A program made the position numbers and the translations under genes. Source: Prochlorococcus sp. AG-355-P18 (GTDB lineage Bacteria; Cyanobacteriota; Cyanobacteriia; PCC-6307; Cyanobiaceae). From it: a stretch of DNA of 64,000 nt. The DNA is taken from contig QCER01000006.1 in the NCBI GenBank assembly GCA_003280515.1, positions 2,393 to 66,392 of the forward strand, in the 5' to 3' direction. Positions within the stretch are counted from its first letter, which is position 1; each line of letters begins with the position of its first letter. Positions 31,896 through 43,302 of this stretch are shown piece after piece. The notes beneath the pieces are model-generated. The model was given only the letters and a program-made list of their open reading frames with translations, did not search any database and had not been told where the DNA came from.

Positions 31896-32516
31896 ATGAC
31901 TGACACTCCCACAAAACAAGAAATTCAATCCAAGAATGAAAACGTTCCAGGAGCAATGCCTGACGAACAAAAAAAGAATAATCGTAATGATCGTAGAAGA
32001 AATAGAAGAGGCGATTCGAAAAATCTTGAGAGAGATTCTGATTGGCAAGAAAGAGTTGTTCAAATAAGACGCGTTTCTAAAACTGTTAAAGGTGGAAAAA
32101 AAATGAGTTTTAGAGCAATCGTTGTTGTAGGAAATGAGAAAGGTCAAGTTGGGGTTGGAGTTGGTAAAGCAGGGGATGTGATTGGTGCTGTGAGAAAGGG
32201 AGTCTCAGATGGTAAAAAGAATCTTGTTAGGGTTCCTTTAACTCCAAATAATTCAATACCGACTCTATCTAAAGGTCGAGATGGTGCTGCTAACGTATTG
32301 ATTAGACCAGCTGCTCCAGGTACAGGTGTAATTGCTGGTGGTTCAATAAGAACTGTTTTAGAATTGGCAGGTATAAAAAACGTCTTAGCCAAAAGATTGG
32401 GTAGTAAAACACCTTTAAATAATGCAAGAGCTGCTATGGTTGCTCTTTCTCAATTAAGAACACACAAATCCGCCTCAAGGGAGAGAGGCATCTCACTTGA
32501 ACAGCTCTACTCTTGA
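31896..32516 (+). CDS. rpsE: 30S ribosomal protein S5
   Basis: [26 protein letters not shown]. Confidence 0.98.
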   Translation: MTDTPTKQEIQSKNENVPGAMPDEQKKNNRNDRRRNRRGDSKNLERDSDWQERVVQIRRVSKTVKGGKKMSFRAIVVVGNEKGQVGVGVGKAGDVIGAVRKGVSDGKKNLVRVPLTPNNSIPTLSKGRDGAANVLIRPAAPGTGVIAGGSIRTVLELAGIKNVLAKRLGSKTPLNNARAAMVALSQLRTHKSASRERGISLEQLYS

Positions 32517-32521
32517 AAATT

Positions 32522-32980
32522 ATGACTTCAACATTAAATACACTAAAATCGAACTCTGGCTCGAGAAAGAAAAAATTAAGAAAGGGTAGAGGTATTGCAG
32601 CCGGTCAAGGTGCTTCATGCGGTTTTGGAATGAGAGGACAAAAGTCACGTTCTGGAAGACCCACACGCCCAGGTTTTGAAGGTGGCCAAATGCCTTTATA
32701 CAGAAGAGTTCCTAAATTAAAGCATTTTGAAATAATTAATCAAAAGAACTTTTCAATAATCAATTTAGAGAAATTAAATGATTTTAAAGATAATGATACT
32801 GTTAACCTAGACTCATTAGTTAAGAAAGGATTGATTTTCAAACCAAAATTTCCTTTAAAAGTACTTGGCAACGGAAAAATTAATGTAAAACTAAAAGTCC
32901 AAGCTCATGCATTCACAAAAGTCGCAAAACAAAAAATTGAGGACGCAGGTGGATCTTGCGAGCTTTTGAATAATAAATAA
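32522..32980 (+). CDS. rplO: 50S ribosomal protein L15
   Basis: [33 protein letters not shown]; ATG at 32522. Confidence 0.97.
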   Translation: MTSTLNTLKSNSGSRKKKLRKGRGIAAGQGASCGFGMRGQKSRSGRPTRPGFEGGQMPLYRRVPKLKHFEIINQKNFSIINLEKLNDFKDNDTVNLDSLVKKGLIFKPKFPLKVLGNGKINVKLKVQAHAFTKVAKQKIEDAGGSCELLNNK

Positions 32981-33009
32981 ATTTATTAAAAATTTAGGTA
33001 AGCTTCAAA

Positions 33010-34329
33010 ATGTTTGTCAACAAAAGTAGAAATCCAAGCGCTACTGAAATACTTTCCCAATTATTTTTAAATAAAGAGCTAAGGAGTAGAGTTTTAACAA
33101 CTTTAGGTCTCCTCCTTTTAGTGAGACTTGGTATCTATATACCCATGCCAGGTATTGATAGAGTTGCTTTTAAAAGTTTTATCGATCAAGGGGGTCAATT
33201 AATAGGTTTTTTAGATATTTTTACTGGAGGAGGAATTTCAACCTTAGGAATTTTCGCATTAGGAATACTTCCTTTTATCAACGCATCAATTATTATTCAG
33301 CTCCTCACAGCTTCGTTGCCTGTACTTGAAGATTTACAAAAAAATGAAGGAGAGGCGGGAAGAAGAAAAATTGCTCAAATAACAAGATATGTCTCATTAG
33401 GATGGGGGTTTTTGCAAAGTATAATTTTTTCTTTAATTCTCAAACAATATGCTGTTCAGGGGATAAGTGAAACTACATTTGTCTTACAAACTTCTATTGC
33501 CTTAGTTACTGGTTCAATGTTAGTGATGTGGTTTAGTGAAATTATTACGGAGAAAGGGATAGGTCAAGGAGCTTCACTGGTAATTTTTTTGAATATTGTT
33601 TCTACTTTACCTAAAGCTCTAAGTTCAACCATTGAAAAAGCTCAAACTGGTGATAGAGGAGATGTCTTAGGTATAGCAGTTTTACTTGGAGTATTTTTAC
33701 TTACAATTATTGGGATCATTTTTGTGCAAGAGGGAGCAAGACGCATTCCTATTGTTAGTGCAAAAAGGCAACTAGGCAATTCAACACTACTTCCTACTAG
33801 GCAAAGTTATTTACCTTTGAAATTAAATGCAGGAGGAGTTATGCCAATTATATTTGCATCTGCTTTAATCTTTTTACCTATTACTATTGCAAACGTTACG
33901 GGTAATCCAGTCTTAATCAAGTTAGCGAGTAGTTTAAATCCAGGATCTTCTAATCCATGGCCATATGCTCTTACTTTCTTCTCCTTGATTTTGGGGTTCT
34001 CCTATTTTTATGCATCTCTTACTATTAATCCGGTTGATGTTGCTTCAAATTTAAAGAAAGGAGGAGTCGCCATACCAGGAGTCAGACCAGGAACTAATAC
34101 GGCAAACTACCTATCAGGTATACAAAATAGGTTAACTTTATTAGGAGGATTATTTCTGGGTTCAGTAGCTATAATCCCTGCTGCAGTAGAGAGAGCTACA
34201 AATGTGCAGACTTTTCAAGGCTTAGGAGCAACTTCATTACTCATCTTAGTGGGTGTTGCTATAGATACTGCTAAGCAAATTCAAACTTATGTTATTTCTC
34301 AAAGGTATGAGGGACTAATTAATAATTAA
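33010..34329 (+). CDS. secY: Preprotein translocase SecY
   Basis: [44 protein letters not shown]. Confidence 0.98.
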   Translation: MFVNKSRNPSATEILSQLFLNKELRSRVLTTLGLLLLVRLGIYIPMPGIDRVAFKSFIDQGGQLIGFLDIFTGGGISTLGIFALGILPFINASIIIQLLTASLPVLEDLQKNEGEAGRRKIAQITRYVSLGWGFLQSIIFSLILKQYAVQGISETTFVLQTSIALVTGSMLVMWFSEIITEKGIGQGASLVIFLNIVSTLPKALSSTIEKAQTGDRGDVLGIAVLLGVFLLTIIGIIFVQEGARRIPIVSAKRQLGNSTLLPTRQSYLPLKLNAGGVMPIIFASALIFLPITIANVTGNPVLIKLASSLNPGSSNPWPYALTFFSLILGFSYFYASLTINPVDVASNLKKGGVAIPGVRPGTNTANYLSGIQNRLTLLGGLFLGSVAIIPAAVERATNVQTFQGLGATSLLILVGVAIDTAKQIQTYVISQRYEGLINN

Positions 34330-34877
34330 TGAAGAAACATTTACTATTTTTAGGAGCTCCCGGAGCAGGGAAAGGGACTCAAGCGGAATTGCTAAGTCAG
34401 ACTAATTCTTATTTACATCTTTCTACTGGTGAATTATTAAGAAAGGAAATAGAAATGAATACTAACCTTGGTATCCAGGTAAAAGATATTATGAATCGAG
34501 GGGAACTTGTTAGTGATGAACTAGTATTAAAGATAGTAAGACAAAATTTAGTAAAGGATAATAAAGGTTGGATTCTAGATGGCTATCCAAGAAATTTATC
34601 TCAAGTAAATTCATTGAATGAGGTTTTAACTGAAATTAATCAACCTTTGGAAGTGGTTTTTTATTTAGATATTCCAGAAGAAGTGCTAATTAAGCGTTTG
34701 CTTTTAAGAGGGAGAAAAGATGATACGGAAGAGACAATTAGAAAAAGAGTTGACATTTATAAAAAAACTACTGAACCATTGATTCAATATTTTAGAAATC
34801 TCTCATTGTTAGAATATATTAATGCTGATAGAGATTTTAAAACCATTTCCTCTGATATCAAACAAAAAATGGCTTGA
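34329..34877 (+). CDS. adk: Adenylate kinase (short LID)
   Basis: [30 protein letters not shown]. Confidence 0.96.
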   Translation: MKKHLLFLGAPGAGKGTQAELLSQTNSYLHLSTGELLRKEIEMNTNLGIQVKDIMNRGELVSDELVLKIVRQNLVKDNKGWILDGYPRNLSQVNSLNEVLTEINQPLEVVFYLDIPEEVLIKRLLLRGRKDDTEETIRKRVDIYKKTTEPLIQYFRNLSLLEYINADRDFKTISSDIKQKMA

Positions 34878-34922
34878 TGATGATGTAGAATATGGTATTA
34901 ACGTTTTTTTTGTTAAATCCCT

Positions 34923-35039
34923 ATGAAGGTCAGATCTTCAGTCAAAAAAATTAGTCCTGACGATCAGATCGTGAGGAGAAGAGGTAAAATCTATGTTATC
35001 AACAAGAAAAGACCTCGCAATAAACAGCGTCAGGGTTAA
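34923..35039 (+). CDS. rpmJ: 50S ribosomal protein L36, zinc-ligand-free (C-) form
   Basis: Manual translation [38 protein letters not shown]; lies between adk and rpsM. Confidence 0.95.
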   Translation: MKVRSSVKKISPDDQIVRRRGKIYVINKKRPRNKQRQG

Positions 35040-35080
35040 ATTTCAACCCTTAAATTCAAACTTTTACTTATTCAAAACAC

Positions 35081-35446
35081 GTGGCCAGGATTGCAGGAAT
35101 TGACATACCTCGCGAAAAGCGAGTTGAAATAGCACTTACATACGTCTATGGAATTGGTTTAACGAGATCAAAGCTAATTCTTGCTAATACGGGTGTAAAC
35201 CCAGATACTCGTGTCAAAGACCTTTCAGATTCTGATGTGCAAAAACTTAGAGGTGCTACAGAAGAATTCACTTTAGAAGGAGATTTGAGAAGAAAAGAGG
35301 GAATGGCTTTAAAACGTCTACAAGATATAGGTTGTGTAAGAGGAAGAAGACATAGAATGAGTCTTCCAGTGAGAGGTCAAAGAACTAGAACCAATGCAAG
35401 AACAAGACGGGGTTCTAGGAAAACTGTTGCAGGAAGAAAAAAATAA
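35081..35446 (+). CDS. rpsM: 30S ribosomal protein S13
   Basis: GTG start; [22 protein letters not shown]. Confidence 0.98.
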   Translation: MARIAGIDIPREKRVEIALTYVYGIGLTRSKLILANTGVNPDTRVKDLSDSDVQKLRGATEEFTLEGDLRRKEGMALKRLQDIGCVRGRRHRMSLPVRGQRTRTNARTRRGSRKTVAGRKK

Positions 35447-35490
35447 TTAACTAAATCTATTTACAAATTGAAGTATTAAATTAAAACATC

Positions 35491-35883
35491 ATGGCACCTA
35501 CAGTAAAAAAAGCAGGTTCAAAGAAATCTAAACGTAATGTACCTAATGGTGTGGTACATATTCAAAGCACATTTAATAACACTATTGTCTCAATTACTGA
35601 CACCTCAGGACATGTAATTTCTTGGTCTTCTGCAGGCGCAAGTGGATTTAAAGGGGCTCGTAAAGGTACGCCATTTGCTGCTCAAACAGCTGCTGAAGCT
35701 GCTGCTAGAAGAGCACTTGATCAAGGAATGAGACAAATTGAAGTACTAGTTAGAGGGCCTGGCGCAGGTAGGGAAACGGCCATAAGGGCTTTACAAGTGG
35801 CCGGATTAGAAATAACTCTAATAAGAGATGTCACTCCATTACCTCATAATGGATGTAGAAGACCTAAACGGAGACGCGTTTAG
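35491..35883 (+). CDS. rpsK: 30S ribosomal protein S11
   Basis: [33 protein letters not shown]. Confidence 0.98.
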   Translation: MAPTVKKAGSKKSKRNVPNGVVHIQSTFNNTIVSITDTSGHVISWSSAGASGFKGARKGTPFAAQTAAEAAARRALDQGMRQIEVLVRGPGAGRETAIRALQVAGLEITLIRDVTPLPHNGCRRPKRRRV

Positions 35884-35938
35884 GTCTTAACCATTCTCAA
35901 CCCCCCCCAAAAAAAAACTCTTAACCTCATTATTTTCC

Positions 35939-36877
35939 GTGTTGCAATACCAGATTGAAAGAACCGACCATCAAATAGCAGATGATCGCTCCCAAACAGG
36001 AACTTTTTTAATTGGCCCTCTAGAAAGGGGACAAGCTACAACTTTGGGTAATTCTCTTAGAAGAGTCCTTATGGGAGGACTTGAAGGGAGTGCAGTTACT
36101 GCAGTAAGAATAGCAGGAATTAATCATGAATATGCCACCATTCCTGGTGTTAGAGAGGACGTTTTAGATATTCTTCTCAATTGCAAGCAATTATCAATAA
36201 ATAGTTCTAATCCAGAACTAGAAATCGGCAGGTTAGTGGCGAGTGGTCCAATGGAGGTGAAGGCGAATGACATTCAATTCTCCTCTCAAGTTGAAATTGT
36301 TGATGGCGAAAAACCCATCGCTACTATTCAGGAGGGTCATAACTTAGAGTTGGAAATCCATGTTGAAAGAGGTGTTGGATATAGACCCGTTGACCGTAAG
36401 AGTGAAGAGACAACTGCTATTGATTTACTCCAAATTGATGCTGTATTTATGCCAGTGAAGAGAGTTAATTTTACGATCGATGAGACTGCTGTAGCAGAAG
36501 GAGGAACGGGAAGAGAAAGATTAAAAATGGAAGTCGTAACAGATGGTTCAACAAGTCCTGACGATGCTATTGCTGAAGCTGCAAATCAGTTAATAGAACT
36601 TTTTCAACCCCTTGCTACTGTCACAATGGTTGAGGAAATTCCTGAAGAACCTGAACCATCTCCTGAAGCTCAAATTCCTCTAGAGGAACTAAACTTGTCC
36701 GTTAGAGCATATAATTGTTTGAAAAGGGCGCAAGTTAACTCAGTTTCAGATTTAATGGGCTTCAGTTATGAAGATCTTCTTGAAATTAAGAACTTTGGCT
36801 CTAAATCTGCAGATGAGGTTATTGAGGCTCTTGAGCGCATCGGCATTTCTATTCCACAAAGCAGAACATCTGTTTAA
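35939..36877 (+). CDS. rpoA: RNA polymerase alpha subunit
   Basis: GTG start; [34 protein letters not shown]. Confidence 0.98.
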   Translation: MLQYQIERTDHQIADDRSQTGTFLIGPLERGQATTLGNSLRRVLMGGLEGSAVTAVRIAGINHEYATIPGVREDVLDILLNCKQLSINSSNPELEIGRLVASGPMEVKANDIQFSSQVEIVDGEKPIATIQEGHNLELEIHVERGVGYRPVDRKSEETTAIDLLQIDAVFMPVKRVNFTIDETAVAEGGTGRERLKMEVVTDGSTSPDDAIAEAANQLIELFQPLATVTMVEEIPEEPEPSPEAQIPLEELNLSVRAYNCLKRAQVNSVSDLMGFSYEDLLEIKNFGSKSADEVIEALERIGISIPQSRTSV

Positions 36878-36891
36878 CAATTTTAAAGATT

Positions 36892-37242
36892 ATGAGACAC
36901 CAACTTAGAATTCCATTATTAAGTAAACCTGCTGACCAGAGGAAAGCACTTCTAAGAGGTTTAACTACTCAATTAATTAAGGAAGGTAGAGTAACTACAA
37001 CAAAAGCTCGTGCTAAAGCTTTAAGAAATGAAGCTGAAAGAATGATTTCACTCGCTAAAGATGGAAGTTTGGCATCTAGGAGAAGGGCTATTGGATATAT
37101 TTATGATAAAAAATTAGTTCATTCATTATTTGAAAAAGCACAGGAAAGATATGGAGACAGAGATGGTGGTTATACACGCATAGTAAGAACTGTATCTAGA
37201 AAAGGTGATAACGCTCAGATGGCAATAATCGAGCTTGTTTAA
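36892..37242 (+). CDS. rplQ: 50S ribosomal protein L17
   Basis: [29 protein letters not shown]. Confidence 0.98.
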   Translation: MRHQLRIPLLSKPADQRKALLRGLTTQLIKEGRVTTTKARAKALRNEAERMISLAKDGSLASRRRAIGYIYDKKLVHSLFEKAQERYGDRDGGYTRIVRTVSRKGDNAQMAIIELV

Positions 37243-37280
37243 GTTAGTTAATTAAAGAGGCTTTTACTAAAAAATAACTT

Positions 37281-38087
37281 TTGAAAAGGGTAGCTTTACT
37301 AGTCCAATATGACGGAACTCATTATTCAGGTTGGCAAAAACAAAAAAATGCAACTACTGTTCAAGAAATTTTAGACAGAGCTCTCTTAAAAATTACGAAT
37401 CATACAGTAAAGACTTTTGCAGCAGGTAGGACTGATGCTGGGGTTCATGCATCAGGTCAAGTAGTACACTTTGATGTTGATTGTGTTGTTCCAGGAAATA
37501 GTTATTCTGATGTCTTAAATAGTCTCTTACCCTCATCAATTAGGATCTTGGAATCAGTTGAGGTAAAAGATAGTTGGCATGCATGCTATTCAGCAATGTA
37601 TAGACATTATCGATATGTCATTAATAACAGTAAATTCCCAAACTTGTTCATCAATAATTGGTCATGGCATAGATATCAAAAAGTATTAGATGAAGTTTTA
37701 ATGTTAAATGCATCCAAGAAAATGATAGGAGAACATGATTTTTTTGCTTTTCAGAAAAGTGGTAGTAATAGAATAAACTCAATTACAAAAATAAAAAATA
37801 TAGATATTAAAAGAATTGAAGATTTGATTTTTATTGATATTAAAGCTACTGGTTTTCTATATGGAATGGTCCGCTTAATTATTGGTCAACTAGTTTTAGT
37901 TGGAGAAAACAAAATATCGCCAGAAATTTTTACGGATAGATGGGTAAACAAAAAGAAAAATGATGTTAAAGAATCTGCTCCAGCTAAGGGGTTATGTTTT
38001 GTAAATGCTGTTTATGAAGAAAATGTTTTTAAAAAGATTAATAACAATGATTTTTTCCCTGTATTTTTAATTAAGGGTTTTTCTTAA
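37281..38087 (+). CDS. truA: tRNA pseudouridine(38-40) synthase
   Basis: YDGTHYSGWQ, AGRTDAGVHA, GFLYGMVR, APAKGL. Confidence 0.96.
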   Translation: MKRVALLVQYDGTHYSGWQKQKNATTVQEILDRALLKITNHTVKTFAAGRTDAGVHASGQVVHFDVDCVVPGNSYSDVLNSLLPSSIRILESVEVKDSWHACYSAMYRHYRYVINNSKFPNLFINNWSWHRYQKVLDEVLMLNASKKMIGEHDFFAFQKSGSNRINSITKIKNIDIKRIEDLIFIDIKATGFLYGMVRLIIGQLVLVGENKISPEIFTDRWVNKKKNDVKESAPAKGLCFVNAVYEENVFKKINNNDFFPVFLIKGFS

Positions 38088-38201
38088 GTCAGTTTTAATT
38101 AAGAGAATTTTTTGTGTAAATCATTCAAAACTGTTGTTTAATATTCCTTCAATAAGGTAGAATTTAAGACTAATTTAAATTTATTTGCAGAAATTTGGTA
38201 A

Positions 38202-38633
38202 ATGAATAAAACAATTACTCCATCTTTAGAAACAATTGAAAGAAATTGGTTTTTAGTTGACGCAAAAGATAAGACGCTTGGTAGACTTGCCACAGAAATC
38301 GCAACTGTATTGAGAGGTAAGAATAAACCAACATTTACACCTCATCTAGATACTGGAGATTTTGTCATTGTAGTAAATGCCGAGAAAGTTGAGGTAACAG
38401 GTAAAAAAGCATCACAAAAATTGTACAGGAGACATTCTGGAAGACCAGGAGGAATGAAAATTGAAAAATTTGAGTCTTTACAAGAAAGAATTCCCGAAAG
38501 AATCATCGAGCAAGCTGTTAAGGGCATGCTGCCTCATAATTCTTTAGGAAGACAGCAGTTTAAAAAACTAAAAGTTTATAAAGGTGCTGATCATCCTCAT
38601 GCTGCTCAGAATCCTGTATTATTAAATAGTTAA
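38202..38633 (+). CDS. rplM: 50S ribosomal protein L13
   Basis: [33 protein letters not shown]. Confidence 0.98.
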   Translation: MNKTITPSLETIERNWFLVDAKDKTLGRLATEIATVLRGKNKPTFTPHLDTGDFVIVVNAEKVEVTGKKASQKLYRRHSGRPGGMKIEKFESLQERIPERIIEQAVKGMLPHNSLGRQQFKKLKVYKGADHPHAAQNPVLLNS

Positions 38634-38642
38634 TTTATCAAA

Positions 38643-39053
38643 ATGAATAGTCAAATAAAAAACAAAGCTGTGTATTGGGGAACTGGAAGAAGAAAAACTT
38701 CAGTAGCTAGAGTTCGCTTGATTCCAGGAAATGGACTTATAAAAATTAATGGTCGTTCTGGAGATGATTACTTAAACTTTAATCCCCTGTACTTAAATTC
38801 AATAAAAGCACCTTTGCAAACATTAGGCCTTGAAAATTCTTATGATATTTTGGTAAATGTTTTTGGTGGTGGATTGACTGGCCAAGCAGATGCTATAAAG
38901 CAAGGTGCAGCTCGAGCACTTTGCGAATTATCTCCTGACAATAGGAAACCGCTAAAAACGGAAGGCCATCTGAGTAGAGATCCTAGAGCTAAGGAAAGAA
39001 GAAAATATGGTCTTAAAAAAGCAAGAAAAGCTCCTCAATTCTCTAAACGTTAA
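38643..39053 (+). CDS. rpsI: 30S ribosomal protein S9
   Basis: [32 protein letters not shown]. Confidence 0.98.
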   Translation: MNSQIKNKAVYWGTGRRKTSVARVRLIPGNGLIKINGRSGDDYLNFNPLYLNSIKAPLQTLGLENSYDILVNVFGGGLTGQADAIKQGAARALCELSPDNRKPLKTEGHLSRDPRAKERRKYGLKKARKAPQFSKR

Positions 39054-39066
39054 AGGAATTTAAATT

Positions 39067-39327
39067 ATGCCAAAATCAGAAATTCATCCAAAATGGTATC
39101 CAGATGCAAAAGTTATTTGTAATGGAGAAGTTGTAATGACTACTGGCTCCACGCAGCCTGAATTACATGTTGATGTTTGGAGTGGAAATCATCCCTTCTT
39201 CACCGGAACTCAAAAGATTCTTGATACAGAAGGTAGGGTTGATAGATTTATGAAAAAATATGGAATGGGTTCAGCTAATTCGGCCACGTCAAAAGATCAA
39301 AAAGAAGAAAAAGATTCTAAAAAATAG
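39067..39327 (+). CDS. rpmE: 50S ribosomal protein L31
   Basis: IHPKWY, DVWSGNHPFFTG, DTEGRVDRF. Confidence 0.96.
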   Translation: MPKSEIHPKWYPDAKVICNGEVVMTTGSTQPELHVDVWSGNHPFFTGTQKILDTEGRVDRFMKKYGMGSANSATSKDQKEEKDSKK

Positions 39328-39354
39328 AATTTTCAAAATTAAGCACTATTTCAA

Positions 39355-40449
39355 TTGGAATACTCAACATTAATTGCAAGGTTGAAAACTGCTTCAGAAA
39401 GTTTTGAAAATTTGGAAGTGCAACTTGCAGATCCAGATATAGCTAATGATCCAAAAAAATTAGAATCCATAGCAAGAGAAAGGTCAAAATTGGAACCTTT
39501 GGTGATTGATTTTAATAAGTTGCTTGATACTGATAAAGAAATCGAAGATTCAAAAAATCTACTTAAAGAGAATAGAAATGACAAAGAAATGGAATCTTTG
39601 ATAAATGAGGAGTTAATAACTCTAGAGGAATCTAAGAGTGAACTGATTCAAAAAACCACAATCGCCTTATTGCCAAAAGACCCAAGAGATGAAAGAAGTG
39701 TAATGTTAGAAATCAGAGCCGGTGCTGGAGGCAACGAGGCTTGTATCTGGGCGGGTGATTTAGCAAGAATGTATGAAAGATATGGACAAAAAATTGGATG
39801 GTCTGTAAAACCTGTTAGCGCTTCCGAGTCAGATATGGGTGGATTTAAGGAGCTAGTTATCTCTGTTAAGGGAGATTCTGTTTATAGTCAACTTAAATTT
39901 GAGGCTGGTGTACATAGAGTCCAAAGAGTTCCAGCTACTGAATCTCAAGGTAGAGTTCACACCTCTACTGCTACAGTCGCCGTTATGCCTGAGGCTGATC
40001 CTGTTGAGGTTAAAATTGATCCAACAGATCTAGAGGTTGGAACAGCAAGATCAGGAGGTGCAGGGGGACAAAATGTTAATAAGGTAGAGACAGCTATTGA
40101 TCTTCTCCACAAGCCTACAGGAATAAGAGTTTTTTGTACTCAAGAGAGATCACAGTTGCAAAATCGAGAACGAGCAATGGAAATTTTAAGAGCTAAATTG
40201 TATGAAATTCAATTAAAAGAAGCCAATGCAAAAGAGAGATCACAAAGGCTTTCCCAAGTTGGAACAGGCGATAGAAGTGAAAAAATCAGAACTTATAATT
40301 TTAAAGATAACAGGACAACTGATCATAGATTAGGTTCCAATTTTTCTCTTGAGCCAATTCTTGCTGGTCAATTAGAAGAAGTGATTAATGCATGCATAGC
40401 GCAAGAACAAAAAAGAATGATGGAAGATTTTAATAAAGAAGTAAATTAA
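39355..40449 (+). CDS. prfA: Peptide chain release factor 1
   Basis: PAT (PxT) motif in [22 protein letters not shown]; TTG start. Confidence 0.97.
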   Translation: MEYSTLIARLKTASESFENLEVQLADPDIANDPKKLESIARERSKLEPLVIDFNKLLDTDKEIEDSKNLLKENRNDKEMESLINEELITLEESKSELIQKTTIALLPKDPRDERSVMLEIRAGAGGNEACIWAGDLARMYERYGQKIGWSVKPVSASESDMGGFKELVISVKGDSVYSQLKFEAGVHRVQRVPATESQGRVHTSTATVAVMPEADPVEVKIDPTDLEVGTARSGGAGGQNVNKVETAIDLLHKPTGIRVFCTQERSQLQNRERAMEILRAKLYEIQLKEANAKERSQRLSQVGTGDRSEKIRTYNFKDNRTTDHRLGSNFSLEPILAGQLEEVINACIAQEQKRMMEDFNKEVN

Positions 40450-40459
40450 GATTTTTTTA

Positions 40460-40966
40460 TTAAATTGAAACCCCTATTACGTATTTACTCCATTCTTTAT
40501 GCTTGCCAGAGTCAATTTGTCTTGTAGCTTCAAAATTTAGATTACTTAATGGACGATAAGGCCGACGTTTTAAGGGCATATTCGCCTCCTCGGGGGTTCG
40601 ATTACCTTTTTGTACATTACATCTGAGACATGCAGTAGTAACATTTTCCCAGTTATCTGTTCCACCTCTGCTTCTCGGTAAAACATGATCTATTGATAGG
40701 TCACTACCCCTATAATTACAGTATTGGCAAGAATTATTATCTCTCAGAAGAATATTTTTTCTTGTTAAAGAAACCTCTCTAAAAGGAACTTTGACGTAGT
40801 AACGAAGTCTTATAACTGTCGGCAACTTTTTCCCGCTATGAATTGAATATGTTTTGTCTTCCTCTAAGCTTTCTGCTTTACCTTTAATCATCAAAATTAC
40901 AGCTCTTCGCCAGGAAGTGATGTTTAAAGGTTCATAAGATGCATTTAAAACTAGAGTCTGGCCCAT
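40460..40966 (-). CDS. HNH endonuclease (McrA-like, Zn ribbon)
   Basis: Probable start MGQTLVLNASYEPL; RDNNSCQYC, IDHVLPRSRGG, WENVTTACLRCN..KGNRTP. Confidence 0.88.
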   Translation of the reverse strand: MGQTLVLNASYEPLNITSWRRAVILMIKGKAESLEEDKTYSIHSGKKLPTVIRLRYYVKVPFREVSLTRKNILLRDNNSCQYCNYRGSDLSIDHVLPRSRGGTDNWENVTTACLRCNVQKGNRTPEEANMPLKRRPYRPLSNLNFEATRQIDSGKHKEWSKYVIGVSI

Positions 40967-41034
40967 GCCAAAATACAATTTACATGTCATGCTAACTGTA
41001 TATTTCAATAAGCGCATATATTTGTGCAAAGTTA

Positions 41035-42234
41035 ATGCAAAATAGGCAAACAAATCAGGTATATAATTTTGACAAATTTCCAAATTTTGAAAAAGATATA
41101 GATCTAAAACAAAGAGCATGGATTGAAGTCAAAGGTAAAGCAATAGAGACAAACGTTAGACAGTTAAGATCAAAATTAAGTAAAAATTGTCAATTTATGG
41201 CAGTCGTTAAAGCTGATGGATATGGACATGATGCGAAATTAGTATCAGAGTATGCTATCAAAGGTGGAGCATCTCAATTAGGTGTTGCCACATTAAATGA
41301 GGGCATTAAGCTTCGTTCTTCTGGAGTTAAAAAACCAATACTTATCCTAGGAAATCTTTATACGAAAAAGGATCTTACTATATGTTTTAAAAATGATCTT
41401 ATGCCAACTATTAGTAGTATGAGAGAATGTTTAATTTGTAATAACATTGGTAAGCAATTTGGATTGAAATTTCTTTTACATCTTAAAATTGACACGGGAA
41501 TGTCAAGATTAGGATTTGAATACAGTAAATTTTTTCAGCAATTTGAAAAAATTAAATCTTTTGAGAACATTTTAATAGAAGGAATATATAGTCATTTGTC
41601 TTCTGCAGATGAAGCTAACGCATTAGATCCTAAAAGTATTACACAACTACAAAGACTGAAGTTTAATGAAATATTAAAGCAAATTAATTTTGATCGAAAT
41701 AATGAAATTAAGATTCATTTGGCTAATTCTGCAGGAATGCTTATTAACAAAGATTTTCATTTTCACATGGTACGGGTTGGGCTTTCTATGTATGGATACA
41801 GTCCTTTAGACAAAATAGATAAAAATTTATCACTTAAACCAGCTTTATGTTTGAAAGCTAAAGTAGCTTTTATTAGAACTATTGATCCAGGAGTTGGTGT
41901 AAGTTATGGAGGTAAATTTGTAAGTCATAGAAAAACTAATTTAGCTGTATTAAGTATTGGATATGCAGATGGAGTACCAAGAAATCTTTCAGGAAAGATA
42001 AACGTTATTCATAATGATAAACTTTATCCCCAAGTTGGATCTATAACTATGGATCAAATGATGGTGGACATAACAGGTTCAAGTGAAATTAAAGTTGGGA
42101 GTACCATGGTATTACTAGGATCTGATGGAGATAAAACAATTTCTCCTCTTGAATGGGCAAGAAAATCTAATACTATACCGTGGGAAATTCTTTGTTCTTT
42201 TAAAAATAGATTACCTAGAGTTCAAGTTGATTAG
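41035..42234 (+). CDS. alr: Alanine racemase
   Basis: AVVKADGYGH PLP-lysine motif, KIDTGMSRLG, GYADG, MDQ. Confidence 0.95.
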   Translation: MQNRQTNQVYNFDKFPNFEKDIDLKQRAWIEVKGKAIETNVRQLRSKLSKNCQFMAVVKADGYGHDAKLVSEYAIKGGASQLGVATLNEGIKLRSSGVKKPILILGNLYTKKDLTICFKNDLMPTISSMRECLICNNIGKQFGLKFLLHLKIDTGMSRLGFEYSKFFQQFEKIKSFENILIEGIYSHLSSADEANALDPKSITQLQRLKFNEILKQINFDRNNEIKIHLANSAGMLINKDFHFHMVRVGLSMYGYSPLDKIDKNLSLKPALCLKAKVAFIRTIDPGVGVSYGGKFVSHRKTNLAVLSIGYADGVPRNLSGKINVIHNDKLYPQVGSITMDQMMVDITGSSEIKVGSTMVLLGSDGDKTISPLEWARKSNTIPWEILCSFKNRLPRVQVD

Positions 42235-42295
42235 ACATTTCGATTAAATAAAAAATTTTGAATGTTTGCAAAAAAATTGATAATGTATAAGAACT

Positions 42296-42384
42296 GGAGA
42301 GGTGGCTGAGTGGTTGAAAGCGGCTCCCTGCTAAGGAGTTACAGGAGGTAACTTTTGTCGAGGGTTCGAATCCCTCCCTCTCCG
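42296..42384 (+). tRNA. tRNA-Ser(GCU)
   Basis: GGAGAGGTGGCTGAGTGGTTGAAAGCGGCTCCCT-GCT-AAGGAGT, long variable arm, GGTTCGAATCC, CCTCTCCG. Confidence 0.96.
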
Positions 42385-42419
42385 TGATTTATTTAGAAAA
42401 TTTTTAATTAATATTTTTT

Positions 42420-43208
42420 TTAAAACAAGTCAAGAATAATATCTTTAAGGTCATAAATAGAATTCAAAATTAAATCAGCACCAGCATCTCTAAGATTTGT
42501 TTCGTAAGAATTACGTTCTTTTAATCGAGAATTTAAATGTAAATGAGGTGGAGCTATTCCGATACTTATGAATTTCTGAGATGGTATTTCCTTTCTAGCA
42601 TTTATAACTGTATTTATATCTGCAATAGTATCTCCTACATATGCAATGGGAATATTTGATTCGCCAAGTTTATTTCCAATAAGCTTTTTTGATAAGTTAA
42701 TAAAACCTTTAGGATCAGGCTTGTCAGGGGCATCTCCCATAGATATTAATGGTGGTGATTTTAGTCCAAGTCTTTTTTCTAAAACAAATTTTGCAGAAGC
42801 AGATTCTGCACCACTAACAAAACCCCAGATTATTCCATTACCTTGAATTAAATCAAAAAACTTTTTATCAACTAATAACTCCTCGTTTGTTATATAACCA
42901 GACCAATATTTACTATCTTTATTTGGATCTCCACCAAAGTAAAACTCTTCAAAACATTTTACTATTTCCTCTCTTGGAGGAATTTTAAGGTTTAAGTTCT
43001 CTTTTTTTATAAATCTTTTTATAAGTTCTAAACTTAAATCCCAGTCATTATTCCAGATCCCTTCATTTTTTGCATTATCAATATCTACATAACTTGGCTC
43101 CCATCCGGAAAATTTGTAAACCGTTTTTTTTAATGAAAGTCTATAACTATTTTCTACACTGCGGATTACCCCATCAATGTCAAACAAAATTAAACCAATA
43201 TTTTTCAA
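42420..43208 (-). CDS. HAD-type hydrolase (TIGR01548-like)
   Basis: FDIDGVIR, WNNDWD, KPDP, YVGDTIAD. Confidence 0.8.
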   Translation of the reverse strand: MKNIGLILFDIDGVIRSVENSYRLSLKKTVYKFSGWEPSYVDIDNAKNEGIWNNDWDLSLELIKRFIKKENLNLKIPPREEIVKCFEEFYFGGDPNKDSKYWSGYITNEELLVDKKFFDLIQGNGIIWGFVSGAESASAKFVLEKRLGLKSPPLISMGDAPDKPDPKGFINLSKKLIGNKLGESNIPIAYVGDTIADINTVINARKEIPSQKFISIGIAPPHLHLNSRLKERNSYETNLRDAGADLILNSIYDLKDIILDLF

Positions 43209-43302
43209 TTAATTTTCTCAAATCACTATAAAAGATTAGTATTCTTATACAGAAAAAGCAAAGAAAAACATTCTATATTATAAAATTATGGATTATCTAA
43301 AA

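Noticed and set aside
40967-41119. Long N-terminal extension of the HNH ORF overlapping alr head-to-head
   Set aside because: Family similarity starts at MGQTLVLNASYEP (40966); the extension is probably not translated
42296-42420. tRNA-Ser (also tRNA-Arg and tRNA-Gln) as possible island or integrative-element attachment sites
   Set aside because: No duplicated tRNA 3' ends, integrase or foreign genes adjacent; flanks are core genes
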